From positions 74,901 to 138,900 of IMG/VR virus record IMGVR_UViG_3300031746_000002: DNA of 64,000 nt; one strand, given 5' to 3'. Every line of letters begins with the position of its first letter. Positions within the stretch are counted from its first letter, which is position 1. Below the pieces are notes generated by a model. It made no database searches, was not told the origin of the DNA, and was given only the letters and a program-made list of their open reading frames with translations. This document shows, piece by piece, positions 1-10,437 of the stretch. The DNA is from a virus. The position numbers and the translations under genes are program-made.

Positions 1-2
1 TA

Positions 3-185
3 ATGGCTGATATTAAACCACAATATCTTTGGTTGATTGAAAGAATGAAAAAATTAAAACATGGAACTATGATAATTCATATTCAAGATGGTGTACCAGT
101 TAAAACTTCAAAGGAAGAAAGTGTTGCTGATTTTACATTTCAGGAATATCTAAAAGATATAGAAAATGAAAAGGATAAAAAATAA
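3..185 (+). CDS. Small YezD/DUF2292-like protein
   Basis: 60 aa, with the LKHGTMIIHIQDGVPVK pattern typical of DUF2292/YezD. Confidence 0.5.
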   Translation: MADIKPQYLWLIERMKKLKHGTMIIHIQDGVPVKTSKEESVADFTFQEYLKDIENEKDKK

Positions 186-187
186 TT

Positions 188-1039
188 ATGCCAGTAGGAA
201 TTTATAAACGAACTAAAAAAAATAGCAATAAAGGAAAGCATCTTACTAAAGAATGGTGCGATCATATAAGAAAAGGTAACTTAAAAGCTATCAAAGAAGG
301 AAGACATAAATCTTGGAATAAGGGTTTAACAAAAGAAACAGATAAAAGATTAATGAATACAAGTAAAAATTTAAAAGGAAAAATTTCATGGAGTAAGGGA
401 TTAACTAAAGAAAATAATTCGAGTTTAAGACATATGAGTAAATTATTAAAAAATCATACTACTTGGAATAAAGGATTAAAAAAAGATACCGACAAAAGAG
501 TAAAAAATAGTGCAGAAAAATTAAGTAAAAAACTAATAGGACGAAAACTTTCTAAAAAGCATTGTATAAATATAGGTAAAGCAAGAATTGGTAAGCATCC
601 GTCTATAAAAATAAGAAAAAATATGATAAAAGCTACAGCTAAAAGAATTTTTGAAGGAAAACAGAAACTTGGTACTAATGGTAAATATTCTAATGTCGTT
701 ACTTATTTTTATTCAAAGAAAAATAATAAAACGTTTAGGACTGTTTCTAAAAACTATGAATTGAAATGTATTAAACATCTAGAAAATGATAATAATATAG
801 TTAGTTATGATATGAATTGCTTAGCAATCAGATATTTTTATAAACAAAAATGGCATAACTATTTTCCTGATTTTATAGTAAAAGTTAAAAAAGGGAAAGA
901 TATAATAATTGAATGTAAACCAAGTAATCATTTAAATGATGAGCAAGTCAAAATTAAGATAAAAGCAGCAAAAAAATATTGTAAGAAAAACAATACGATA
1001 TTTAAAGTTTGGACAGATGAAACAAAGGAAACCAAATGA
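188..1039 (+). CDS. Free-standing homing endonuclease (NUMOD3-like repeats + TnsA-like PD-(D/E)xK domain)
   Basis: Three W[NS]KGLxK repeats, FYSKKN motif, YFPDF...IIECKP; paralogous to 16295 and 62123. Confidence 0.75.
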   Translation: MPVGIYKRTKKNSNKGKHLTKEWCDHIRKGNLKAIKEGRHKSWNKGLTKETDKRLMNTSKNLKGKISWSKGLTKENNSSLRHMSKLLKNHTTWNKGLKKDTDKRVKNSAEKLSKKLIGRKLSKKHCINIGKARIGKHPSIKIRKNMIKATAKRIFEGKQKLGTNGKYSNVVTYFYSKKNNKTFRTVSKNYELKCIKHLENDNNIVSYDMNCLAIRYFYKQKWHNYFPDFIVKVKKGKDIIIECKPSNHLNDEQVKIKIKAAKKYCKKNNTIFKVWTDETKETK

Positions 1040-1203
1040 ACGAACTATATTATAAAAAAATTATTAAAATATTAAATCTTGATAGTTATGATACTGAAAA
1101 AATAGAAAATTTAATTAAACTATTTATAGACACAGATCCAGAGTTTAGTCCCACAATGTTTAGGCTTTGGGTTCGTAATAAATATTATTTAGGTGCAATA
1201 TGA
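1036..1203 (+). CDS. Hypothetical protein (55 aa, not in the ORF track)
   Basis: ATG overlaps the upstream stop, AAGGA upstream, fills the gap. Confidence 0.4.
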   Translation: MNELYYKKIIKILNLDSYDTEKIENLIKLFIDTDPEFSPTMFRLWVRNKYYLGAI

Positions 1204-1430
1204 AATCGACTAAAGCAATGAAAGAACTTGACAAACAAATTAGGAAAACTATTAAAGAAATTATTAAAGACTTTGTAGGGTCACATAACGATGAAGTTAC
1301 AAGAAGCAGAATAAATTTAAAAGTTACAGAAGTATTAAACAAATTTTATCCAAAGTGCAAAGTAAAGATTAAGTTGAAGTCTAAACGAAACAGCATATAC
1401 AAATTCGAAGTTAAAGTGACTGACCTGTAA
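1200..1430 (+). CDS. Hypothetical protein
   Basis: ORF with AGGTG upstream. Confidence 0.5.
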   Translation: MKSTKAMKELDKQIRKTIKEIIKDFVGSHNDEVTRSRINLKVTEVLNKFYPKCKVKIKLKSKRNSIYKFEVKVTDL

Positions 1431-1466
1431 ACAGAGGCATGCAGTAATAAGCTGACTGTAACGAGG

Positions 1467-1514
1467 AGGGCACTTCAAATAGTAGAAATACTATCTGGAG
1501 TGCCCTGTTTTTTT
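1467..1514 (+). terminator. Intrinsic terminator / attenuator hairpin
   Basis: AGGGCACTTCA/TGGAGTGCCCT stem with an inner ATAGTA-GAAA-TACTAT hairpin, then a T7 tract. Confidence 0.75.
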
Positions 1515-1925
1515 ATGAGACTATTTAAAAGAAAAAAACGATTTATAAAATTAGATTATAAATTTTTTGAAGACCAGCTTGAATATGATAAGTTTGTCGA
1601 AATACCAATGCCGATAGATAGCATATATGCATTAGCTGAAGACGCTAATGCATTACGTATATTACGAGAACGTCAAGATAAAAATAAGGAATATGTAGAA
1701 CTATTGAAACGATACATAAAACAAAAAAGATTTACCCCAATGCAAACATATGTAGTAACACTGCGTTTAGGATATACCAGAACTACATTCAAAAAAAAGT
1801 ACTATATTGGACCGCGAACAAATGCTCAAATAGCTACGATGCTAGGAATTAGTAAAGTGATGATAACTAAACACATCAAACGAGTTCGTGATAGAGTATC
1901 TCAGATTATCAAAAACAAGGGTTAA
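1515..1925 (+). CDS. Sigma70 region-4-like HTH transcription factor
   Basis: C-terminal TPMQTYVVTLRLG...TNAQIATMLGISKVMITKHIKR HTH; start placed at ATG 1515, after the hairpin. Confidence 0.55.
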   Translation: MRLFKRKKRFIKLDYKFFEDQLEYDKFVEIPMPIDSIYALAEDANALRILRERQDKNKEYVELLKRYIKQKRFTPMQTYVVTLRLGYTRTTFKKKYYIGPRTNAQIATMLGISKVMITKHIKRVRDRVSQIIKNKG

Positions 1926-1944
1926 CCAATAATATTATTATATA
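1919..1944 (+). promoter_or_regulatory. Putative late promoter/operator, copy 1
   Basis: GGGTTAACCAATAATATTATTATATA; 25/26 identical to 38331-38356; precedes the packaging block. Confidence 0.6.
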
Positions 1945-2023
1945 TTATAGATACAAAGAAATAGCACTACAATAATTGTAAACAATTGTAGTGAGCAGAA
2001 ACTGAGAGTGAGGTAAACGAACA

Positions 2024-2836
2024 ATGATAAATGAATCAACAGGGAAGACAATCAACGATTCAAAATATTCAGATGCAGTTATTTTAATGATCCAAAAAGG
2101 AATGTCAGATAGAGCTATTGCAAGTGAACTTAAGGAAAAATATAAATTCAAAGCAGATGGACGAACAGTAAAAGCTTTTAGAGATAATTTTGTTTTGTCA
2201 AATAAAGAAACACAGAAAAAGATTGCTGAATTAAAAAAGCAACGTGAAGAAAAGATAAAGAAAATACAAGAAGAGTTACCAACAAGAATTTTTGAGTCTA
2301 TAGAGTCTAGAAATAATCATATTAAAACATTGCAAGAACAAATTAAAGTAACTTCAAAAATTCAAGGCGAAATCCATGAATTCAGAAACCAGAAGCTTAG
2401 TGATATAAAAAGTATATATGAAAAGCTTGTAGCTGAATTACTTGCTTGGAAACCAGTAATTGATAAAGAAAAAGTTGAAGACAAAAAATCAAAGCAATTA
2501 ACTCAACTAAAAGATTTGGAAATTAAGCTAGAAGAATTAAAAAAGTTACCAGTTGAAAGAGCACTTACATTATATAGAGCAAACAATGATGCACAGATTA
2601 TGAAGTGCATCGATGAAATCAGAGTGCTTCAAGGTGAGATTGAGCAATACACACAACTTTATGATTTACAAGGATTAATAGACTTCGTAGCAAAAAAGGT
2701 AATCGATATTGTTGGAATGTTAATAATCCCAGAAATAGATAAAAATAAAGTAAGCATTGTAGTACCTCGGTTTAAAGCGGAAGTATCTAAAGCAATAGAT
2801 GAGATAAAAGAAAAAACGATGCTGGAGGCAAAATGA
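2024..2836 (+). CDS. Putative terminase small subunit
   Basis: N-terminal HTH (GMSDRAIASELKEKY) plus long coiled coil; first gene of the terminase block. Confidence 0.4.
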   Translation: MINESTGKTINDSKYSDAVILMIQKGMSDRAIASELKEKYKFKADGRTVKAFRDNFVLSNKETQKKIAELKKQREEKIKKIQEELPTRIFESIESRNNHIKTLQEQIKVTSKIQGEIHEFRNQKLSDIKSIYEKLVAELLAWKPVIDKEKVEDKKSKQLTQLKDLEIKLEELKKLPVERALTLYRANNDAQIMKCIDEIRVLQGEIEQYTQLYDLQGLIDFVAKKVIDIVGMLIIPEIDKNKVSIVVPRFKAEVSKAIDEIKEKTMLEAK

Positions 2837-3042
2837 AAACTAAAGAATATACAGTACCTATAGTAGCAGGTCTTCTTCAAACAGCAGCAAATCAAATTGA
2901 AGATGCATTATTAAACGATAACCGAATAACCGAGGATAATAGAGAACTACTGAAAAAATTATATCGTAGTACACAAACATCAAGTTGTTTAGCTAATCAG
3001 TTATCTCAAAACCTCAAAACACAAAAGGAGAAAATAAAATGA
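2833..3042 (+). CDS. Hypothetical protein
   Basis: GGAGG SD, translationally coupled. Confidence 0.55.
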   Translation: MKTKEYTVPIVAGLLQTAANQIEDALLNDNRITEDNRELLKKLYRSTQTSSCLANQLSQNLKTQKEKIK

Positions 3043-5669
3043 AATGGTTATCTAGAATAACAGCAGTTGCAACTGAAGTTGAAGAGGTAACAAAAGAAGT
3101 ATATAGACGTACGTTTGAAGATATGGCAAAGCGCTACATTGAACTCAATAAAAAAATGGAAGAGTCAGAAGCATTAATAGAACAAGCAATAGAAGAGATC
3201 AATGCAAGACTTGAAATAGCAAAGCTTACTGAAGTTACTGAAAAAGAAGAAAATATACTTAAAGCAATGCTCTATAAATTAGAGGAGCATAAAAAATCTA
3301 TAGATGGTTGGGAATTAAAATTAGCTCAAGCAAAAAAGAAATCACTCAAATCAAAAGACTTCATAGAAGAAATAACCGAAACATTTACTGAAATTAATCC
3401 TGCCTATAAGCAAATGATAGAATTCATTGCTTCAAAACATACAGAATATCCAGAACTAGATGATATTGATACTTATAAAATAACTCTTAAAAAAGAAAAG
3501 AAAGCCGGACTTAAGATAAATGCTGCTTTTGTAGAAAAATTTAAAGCAGCATTGGGTAAGTTCATAAACTGGTTAAAAGATAAATGGGACAGCATAATTG
3601 GAAAGATAGATAAAAAATATGCTGACATTGAAGATGCTATGAAAGAATTAGAAAATGCCCCGATGTTGGTAGTTAAAGAAGCTTCAATAGAAAAAGAAGC
3701 AAAATCAATAACAATTGAAGAATATAAAGCTGGAATAGTTGATGCTGTTGAAAGAGCATTTCCAGGAAAAACTTTTAGTATTGGTGTTTCTAGTATTTTA
3801 ACAGATCAGAATTTTCATACTCCTTTAGAGGCATTAGTTGAAGCTGGAATATGTGCAAAGCCAACAAGCAAATATGATTTTATGGCTATCATTGATGCAG
3901 ACAAAAAAGAAGCAGATGATTTAACGACAGTAATAGCTGATCATGATAATAAAATAGGTTATATAGGAATGGGTGGGGATAAAGTTGTTTTAGAAGAAAC
4001 AGCTTCATTAAAAAAAGAAGCAAGAGATTGGAAATATAAAGTTTACATTCCTGTTAATGCAGATAAATATGAAGACCCAACTGATGAAGGTGCATTAGAA
4101 CTTGCAAAAATAGCAGTCAATGAAATTACAAGAATACTTTCTACTGTTCCTGCTGAAAAAGATGATCTTAAAGATCAGTTAGAAAGTGTTAAGATGGAAT
4201 TTGAAGATGTTGTAGCAGTCGAAGATTTCGATGCAGCTTTAGAAACATTATATGATATGGGAGATAGTGAATCTATTTGGATAGAGACATATGAAAAGAA
4301 AGGTTCATTAAGTAAAGAAGCAGAAGAAAAAACTTTTGAAATTCCAACAGGCAATGCTCAGCTAGTATATAGTATAGATGGCATAGTAGGTGAAGAGTTT
4401 GAAGTTGATAGAGGAGGCACAATGCTTCCTATTGGAAAATATAAAGTTGTTACAAAACCAAAAGTTGATGTAGAACATTCTGGACCCTGGGGAACTTATT
4501 CAACTATCCTTGTTGAAAGAATTGCAGGGAATAGAGTTACATTGAAAAAGAAAGCAGGAGCAGTATGTAAAGAATGCGGCAAAGATATGATGGACCCAAC
4601 AGCAAAATCATGTACTTATCCTAAAATTAAGATTGATGGGGAAATCTATAATAGAGACACAGAATATTTTGATGTAAATGAAAGATGTCATGATTGTAAC
4701 ATAGTAAATAAAAAAGGAAACATACATCATTTTGGCTGCGATATTGAAAGATGTCCAAAATGTAACGGTCAAATTATAAGCTGTGAATGCAAAAAAGAAT
4801 TTCTTATTGGTCCAGATGGACAGGAAAGCAAAGCATCAATGAAAAAAGAAGCAACATCATATACTGATTTCTTAACAAACCGCGGAACTGAAATTAAACA
4901 GGCTATTAAGCAGTTAAATGAAATTCATAAAATATATGATAGTCTTTCTGAAGAAATTCTTGATAAAGCTCATGACAAAGTAGCAGGAATATATGATAAA
5001 AATGTTCCAGATTATATAGAAGATTGGGTTGCTGATGGAGATGCAGACGTTGATAGTATTGCTAGTTTAGCACTTAGTAATCAGGACAATTATGGAACAG
5101 AAAAACAAATGATATTATATGCTATAGAAGATTTTTATAACGTGATTATGAGAGGTAGAAAAGAATCTTCATTGAGAAAGAAAGCAGATAGTTATAATCC
5201 TTATATGTATACCTCTCCAACTGGTCCAGCTACTTCAGATGCTAAAACTAATCATAAGAAATATATGGTTAAATTTAAAGAAGCTGATGGGTCATGGAAA
5301 TTCTCTACAATGGAAGATGATCTTGAAGCAGCTAAGTCACAGGCACAAGAAATATATAATAATGAAAAGAAGAAATCAAAGGTAATTGATACTACTACAA
5401 GCAATGTTATCTTTGTTATAGGTGCTGAAAATAGTGAAACACTTAAACGTTATGCAAGTTTAGATGCTGATATTGATGCAATGGAAAAAAATGAACATAA
5501 AAAACATGTTGAAGGATTTAAAAAAGCAGCATCTTTACAAGCTAACATAGAAAAAGAAGTATATCAATGTGATAATTGTCATATCAGGCTTGGTAGATTT
5601 ATAAAGCAGCTTCCAGACAGTTGCCCACGCTGTGGAAAGCAAGTAAAATTTGACAATGTAATAAGGTAG
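3039..5669 (+). CDS. Modular polyprotein with MKWL leader and LxKxA linkers (putative internal head protein)
   Basis: MKWLSRITA; linkers ASIEKEA, ASLKKEA, GSLSKEA, TLKKKA, ASMKKEA, SSLRKKA; Cys-rich Zn modules. Confidence 0.7.
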   Translation: MKWLSRITAVATEVEEVTKEVYRRTFEDMAKRYIELNKKMEESEALIEQAIEEINARLEIAKLTEVTEKEENILKAMLYKLEEHKKSIDGWELKLAQAKKKSLKSKDFIEEITETFTEINPAYKQMIEFIASKHTEYPELDDIDTYKITLKKEKKAGLKINAAFVEKFKAALGKFINWLKDKWDSIIGKIDKKYADIEDAMKELENAPMLVVKEASIEKEAKSITIEEYKAGIVDAVERAFPGKTFSIGVSSILTDQNFHTPLEALVEAGICAKPTSKYDFMAIIDADKKEADDLTTVIADHDNKIGYIGMGGDKVVLEETASLKKEARDWKYKVYIPVNADKYEDPTDEGALELAKIAVNEITRILSTVPAEKDDLKDQLESVKMEFEDVVAVEDFDAALETLYDMGDSESIWIETYEKKGSLSKEAEEKTFEIPTGNAQLVYSIDGIVGEEFEVDRGGTMLPIGKYKVVTKPKVDVEHSGPWGTYSTILVERIAGNRVTLKKKAGAVCKECGKDMMDPTAKSCTYPKIKIDGEIYNRDTEYFDVNERCHDCNIVNKKGNIHHFGCDIERCPKCNGQIISCECKKEFLIGPDGQESKASMKKEATSYTDFLTNRGTEIKQAIKQLNEIHKIYDSLSEEILDKAHDKVAGIYDKNVPDYIEDWVADGDADVDSIASLALSNQDNYGTEKQMILYAIEDFYNVIMRGRKESSLRKKADSYNPYMYTSPTGPATSDAKTNHKKYMVKFKEADGSWKFSTMEDDLEAAKSQAQEIYNNEKKKSKVIDTTTSNVIFVIGAENSETLKRYASLDADIDAMEKNEHKKHVEGFKKAASLQANIEKEVYQCDNCHIRLGRFIKQLPDSCPRCGKQVKFDNVIR

Positions 5670-5672
5670 GCT

Positions 5673-8591
5673 ATGCCACGCAAAGCAAATATTAGAGGTG
5701 TTGATTTTATAAAACCAAAGAAAACAAAAGAAAAATCACTCTTCGATTCTTTTGATAGATCAGTAGAAGCAAAGAGCAGCAACTTAGGAATATATTGGGA
5801 AGAAAATCCTGTTGGAATTAGAGAATTTGTAACAAGCTTTGACCATATGGGAATACCCAATGGTTTGAGTGATGAACAGTACGAACCATTAGAATTTTTA
5901 TTTGGAAATGAACCAAAGAAAATTTTTGATAATGGTAACACAACAGGAATTGAAGAGTGGGGCAAAGGATGTATAAGCGGTGATGCTAAAATTAGGGATG
6001 TAGAAACAGGAACAGAATATACTATTGAACAACTATATAAATTAAAAAAAGAAATAACAGTACAATGTATTGATGAAGAAAATAAAATTAGAATATCGCA
6101 AGCATCAGTTCCTTGGATTAAAGGAATAGATGATTTATATGAAGTAAAAACAAAATTGGGAAAATCAATTAAAGTAACTAAAGAACATAGATTTAAAACA
6201 CAAAATGGCTGGAAACAATTAAAAGATCTTAGAGTTGACAGCGTTATATTAGATGACAATGATAAAGTAGAATGTAAGTTATGTGGAGAATATGTAAAAT
6301 CGATTCCAAACCACTTACAATGGAATCATCCAGATATAAAGTTAAATGATTATAAATTATTATTTCCTAAAGCAAAGGTATTATCAGATACATGGAAAAA
6401 ATCATGTGGCAGAGCTGGAAAGAAACATTGGGCATTTGGAAAAAAACATCTTAATTCTGGTATAGGATTTGTTAAATATAATAAATCGAGAACTGGTAAA
6501 ACATTTAATGAATATTTTGGTAAAGAAAAAAGTAAGCAAATAAAAGAAAAAATAAAAAATACAGTAAATAAAAATAATAGTCTTTTAACATTAGCTGAGT
6601 CTAAAAAAAAATATGGACGATCTGGTAAAAAACATCATAATTGGAAAGGCGGCATTAGTTATACTTATAAAATCGGTGATACTTATTTAGGAACATTTGG
6701 AAAAAAGCTTCATGAATATATTAGGAAAAGAGATAAAAATCATTGTAAGTTTTGTAAGAAACCAGTTAAAAATAAATTCAAAGGTGATATACATCATATA
6801 AATTATAACAAACTAGATGGTAGATTAGAAAATTTAATATTACTTTGTAAAAGCTGTCATTGTAAAACGCAATATGGTTTACGAAAAGTATGGATCGAAA
6901 AATGTTTAAATAAGATAATTAAACCCAAATGGGACACTATAACATCTATTACATTTTGGAAACATGATAAATATTATGATTTGGAAGTTGAAAAATATCA
7001 TAATTATTTAGCAAATGGTTTATATAACCATAATTCAGGGAAAGATTTAATAGCAGCAATTGGCTTATGTTATATCACACATGTTTTGCTTTGTTGTTCA
7101 GACCCACAGAAGTTGTTAGGAATAGGCGATATATCTGGGGAACCAATTGACTTTGTAAATGTAGCAACAAATGCAGACCAAGCATCAACAGTATTCTTTA
7201 CAAAGTTTACTGAAAGAGTAAAGCGTTGGAAATGGTTAAAGGATAAATATAATTTTAAAGTATCAGGACGAAGTTTAAATGCATTGACTACTAATAAGAA
7301 TAAGGAAATAAATTTATTCAATGATGATGTAGTAATAACATCAAACGGTATTTTATTTCCAAAGATGATAAGAGCATTCAGTGGTAACTCAGAGCAAGAA
7401 GCCCAGGAAGGTAAGAACTATTTAGTATTCATATTAGATGAAGCCAGCGGCTTTGCAGAGACAAAGACATTAAGTGCAGAGAAGATATATAAATCATTAA
7501 AGAGTTCAGCAAGAACAAGGTTTGGTGATAAGTGGAAATGCTTCATACTTTCATTTCCAAGATATAAAGATGATTTCATAGAAGTAATGCACAAAAAAGC
7601 AAAGAAACATTTGCATTGGCACACAGCAAAATTAGCAACATGGCAAGTAAAACCACCACATTGTTTCAGCGGCAAATGGTTTGAATATGAAGGACATAGA
7701 ATTCCATTAGAATACAAAGAAGATTTTGATGATGATCCAAGAGATGCAAAAGCAAAGTTCTTATGTATTCCGCCAGATGCAATTAATCCATTTATAGAAG
7801 AACAGGAAAAGATAGAGCTTTGTATAAATAAACAACGAAAGCAAATGTTCACATGTTATGATTCTCAGAAAGATAATTACGTACAGAAGAAACTAACGTT
7901 AGCACCTTGGATTAGAGTATTGCCAGCACATACTTATACATTGACTATAGACTTAGGAGTTAGTCAATGTAGTTGCGCATTATCATTGCATCATAAAGAA
8001 ATAAAAGGAAATATAGATATAATAGTACAAGACCTTGTAACAAGATGGGAGCCTATACCAAAGAAAGGATTGAGAGTAGATTTCTTTAATGTAGGTTCAA
8101 CCATTTCAATGCTTGTAAAAACATTGGGAGTAAAACAAGTAAGAGTATTCTTTGACCAATGGCAGAGTGAATTACTAATAAACATTTTAAAGAAGATAGG
8201 TATCAATGCTTTAATATATTATTTGGGTTATGAAAACTATCAAGACTTAAGAGAAAGAATTTATACAGGCAGAATAGACCTGCTTGATTATGCACCACAA
8301 ACAAAAGAGTTAAAAGAGATTTCATTAATTAAAGGTAATAAAGTAGACAGACCAGAAAATGGAACAAAGGATATTTGCGATACAGTAGCTGGTGCAATTT
8401 ATGTTCTAACAAAATATGATGAAGAGCATAGAGATAATAGGAAAGATAAAAGAGCACTGCTAGCAAAATTAAATGACGGTGAATTTATTGGATCTAATAT
8501 TTCTGAAATTGATGGTGAAGGAAATTATATTAAGCAAGAAGAAAATGCATTTGAAGGCGCAATCAGCGTATGGGATATTGCTGGTAAATAA
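5673..8591 (+). CDS. terL: Terminase large subunit (intein-containing)
   Basis: Walker A WGKG|SGKD after splicing, Walker B FILDEA, coupling motif LSFP, nuclease TIDLG...FDQWQS...KDICD. Confidence 0.9.
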   Translation: MPRKANIRGVDFIKPKKTKEKSLFDSFDRSVEAKSSNLGIYWEENPVGIREFVTSFDHMGIPNGLSDEQYEPLEFLFGNEPKKIFDNGNTTGIEEWGKGCISGDAKIRDVETGTEYTIEQLYKLKKEITVQCIDEENKIRISQASVPWIKGIDDLYEVKTKLGKSIKVTKEHRFKTQNGWKQLKDLRVDSVILDDNDKVECKLCGEYVKSIPNHLQWNHPDIKLNDYKLLFPKAKVLSDTWKKSCGRAGKKHWAFGKKHLNSGIGFVKYNKSRTGKTFNEYFGKEKSKQIKEKIKNTVNKNNSLLTLAESKKKYGRSGKKHHNWKGGISYTYKIGDTYLGTFGKKLHEYIRKRDKNHCKFCKKPVKNKFKGDIHHINYNKLDGRLENLILLCKSCHCKTQYGLRKVWIEKCLNKIIKPKWDTITSITFWKHDKYYDLEVEKYHNYLANGLYNHNSGKDLIAAIGLCYITHVLLCCSDPQKLLGIGDISGEPIDFVNVATNADQASTVFFTKFTERVKRWKWLKDKYNFKVSGRSLNALTTNKNKEINLFNDDVVITSNGILFPKMIRAFSGNSEQEAQEGKNYLVFILDEASGFAETKTLSAEKIYKSLKSSARTRFGDKWKCFILSFPRYKDDFIEVMHKKAKKHLHWHTAKLATWQVKPPHCFSGKWFEYEGHRIPLEYKEDFDDDPRDAKAKFLCIPPDAINPFIEEQEKIELCINKQRKQMFTCYDSQKDNYVQKKLTLAPWIRVLPAHTYTLTIDLGVSQCSCALSLHHKEIKGNIDIIVQDLVTRWEPIPKKGLRVDFFNVGSTISMLVKTLGVKQVRVFFDQWQSELLINILKKIGINALIYYLGYENYQDLRERIYTGRIDLLDYAPQTKELKEISLIKGNKVDRPENGTKDICDTVAGAIYVLTKYDEEHRDNRKDKRALLAKLNDGEFIGSNISEIDGEGNYIKQEENAFEGAISVWDIAGK
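5970..7034 (+). mobile_element. Intein (355 aa) with HNH endonuclease
   Basis: Starts CISGD, block B VTKEHRF, ends YYDLEV...NGLYNHN followed by Ser+1; internal CKFC...DIHHINYNK...NLILLCKSCH. Confidence 0.93.
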
Positions 8592-8602
8592 AGGAGGAAA
8601 TA

Positions 8603-10261
8603 ATGTTAACAAAGCAAGCAATAATAAATGACCTTAAAAAGATTTTGGCTTATTCAACCCAGAAACTTAGTGCTATGTCATTAGATGATATAGAAGAAGA
8701 ATTTGGAAATTTGTATGATACTATAAAATGGTCAAAAAAGAATGTAACTGCTGAACAGCTGAAAACAATAATACTTGATATAAACAAAAGATTCAATGTT
8801 GAAGATATAGAACAAAAACTAGAAGATATATTTGATAAAATTGATAGTGTTATTAGCAGAGCTGCTTCATTAGAAAAGAAAGCAGCTATTGATAACTTGA
8901 TGGAATTGATGGATCGAGACTTTGAAATCACTGATGCAGACATGGTTGAATTAAAAGAAGATGAAATTGAATTCGTATTAAAGCACCCAGCAAAATTTGA
9001 TATGAAAGCAAATGAAATTAAAAGTCTAGAAGATAAGTTAAAGCGGCTTAGGGCATCATTGAAAAAAGAAGCAATACTCAGTGTTGGTACTGAAGTAGAA
9101 ACTCTTGATGGTTCTGGAGTAATAACTAAAGTTAAAGATATGGGATTGAACGATTCTTATTATACTGTAAAATTAGAAAATGGGGAAGAGCATGATTATT
9201 ATCCTGATGCTAAAGAAGTATGGCTTAAAGCTACATTAGAAAAAGAAGCAGGATTAGGAAAGCATATTGCAGAAACATTAGAAGCAGCTGGAATTAATGT
9301 AGCTTTTGAAATGAGTGAGGATGGAATTATAGTTGAAGATGAAAAGGATGCAAAGAAAGTAATGAAAGTTCTTGATGACTCTGGTAGCTTTGGACCCACA
9401 GCATATAATAATGAAACTAAAGAAATTATGATAGGAGAGTATAAAGAAAAGAAATCTTTATTAAAAAAAGAAGCTTCAAAATATACACGTTGGGCATCAA
9501 CTGATAGCCAAGAAGAAGCCATTGAAACTATAGAAGAAACACTTAATCTATTAGGTATTAAACTTGGCGGAGGAACTGCTATAGGTAAATCACCACAAAC
9601 TGTGATTTTAGATATTAAATATCAAGACGGTGCAATAAGTGTTAATGCTGAAGGTGAAGTTAAATTATTCGGTGATGATGTTACTGGCATAATTAATGAA
9701 AAAGATGGCATAGCAGATAAATTAAAAGAAAATGGTATTGAAGTTAAAGAATCAACTGAAGCTAATCCAAACTATGAAATCAAAACAGGTTCTGCTAATG
9801 AGCTTAAAGAAATAGAAGCAAGCATCAGGAAGAACCACCCAAACATTACAGACCTTGAAGTAGGAAGGCAGATGAGGGATATTATAACAGTAGCAAAAGG
9901 GAAAGCTACAGATAAGAAAGTTATTGCAAGATTAACAACAGCAGAAATCAGTAACATGTTTCCAGAATTTGATAAGACAGGAGGGGTATGGCAAGTGGAA
10001 GAAAAAAATGGTAAGAAGACAATCATACGACCTGACATTAAAGCTATTGAAGAAGCAGTAGAAAACAAAGGGCATATCAGAAAGGTTAATGATATAGTCC
10101 TTTATGATGATGGAAGTCCAGATAGCAAAATGTTTGAAGTCCAGATAAAAGAAATCCTTGATGGCGGCAAATACAAGGTTATAGCAATGCAAACAGGTAA
10201 AGAATTCACAGCAGTGGAATCACAGCTCCTAGATGAGTCAAAAATTGAAGAGCTAATGTAA
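8603..10261 (+). CDS. Modular protein with LxKxA linkers
   Basis: MLTKQA, ASLEKKA, ASLKKEA, ATLEKEA, SLLKKEA separate unrelated modules, including SH3-like ones. Confidence 0.7.
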   Translation: MLTKQAIINDLKKILAYSTQKLSAMSLDDIEEEFGNLYDTIKWSKKNVTAEQLKTIILDINKRFNVEDIEQKLEDIFDKIDSVISRAASLEKKAAIDNLMELMDRDFEITDADMVELKEDEIEFVLKHPAKFDMKANEIKSLEDKLKRLRASLKKEAILSVGTEVETLDGSGVITKVKDMGLNDSYYTVKLENGEEHDYYPDAKEVWLKATLEKEAGLGKHIAETLEAAGINVAFEMSEDGIIVEDEKDAKKVMKVLDDSGSFGPTAYNNETKEIMIGEYKEKKSLLKKEASKYTRWASTDSQEEAIETIEETLNLLGIKLGGGTAIGKSPQTVILDIKYQDGAISVNAEGEVKLFGDDVTGIINEKDGIADKLKENGIEVKESTEANPNYEIKTGSANELKEIEASIRKNHPNITDLEVGRQMRDIITVAKGKATDKKVIARLTTAEISNMFPEFDKTGGVWQVEEKNGKKTIIRPDIKAIEEAVENKGHIRKVNDIVLYDDGSPDSKMFEVQIKEILDGGKYKVIAMQTGKEFTAVESQLLDESKIEELM

Positions 10262-10266
10262 GTCAT

Positions 10267-10425
10267 ATGAAAATACCTGAATGGGTATTAAAATTGAGCA
10301 GAAGACTCCAGGAACGATATGGCGATGATGTAGGGAAGGTATTATTTATTGCTATAGGATTAATTGTAATAATAGCATTATTCGTATACATGCAATTCAC
10401 AGTTTACAGCATACTATCTAAATGA
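10267..10425 (+). CDS. Small membrane protein (not in the ORF track)
   Basis: 52 aa with hydrophobic stretch VLFIAIGLIVIIALFVYM. Confidence 0.4.
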   Translation: MKIPEWVLKLSRRLQERYGDDVGKVLFIAIGLIVIIALFVYMQFTVYSILSK

Positions 10426-10437
10426 GGAGGAAACAGT

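Noticed and set aside
188-1039. Tn7-like transposon suggested by the TnsA-like domains
   Set aside because: No TnsB/C/D or terminal repeats; NUMOD3-like fusion indicates homing endonucleases
1500-1514. GTG 1500 start of the sigma-like ORF
   Set aside because: Lies inside the terminator stem; ATG 1515 is more plausible
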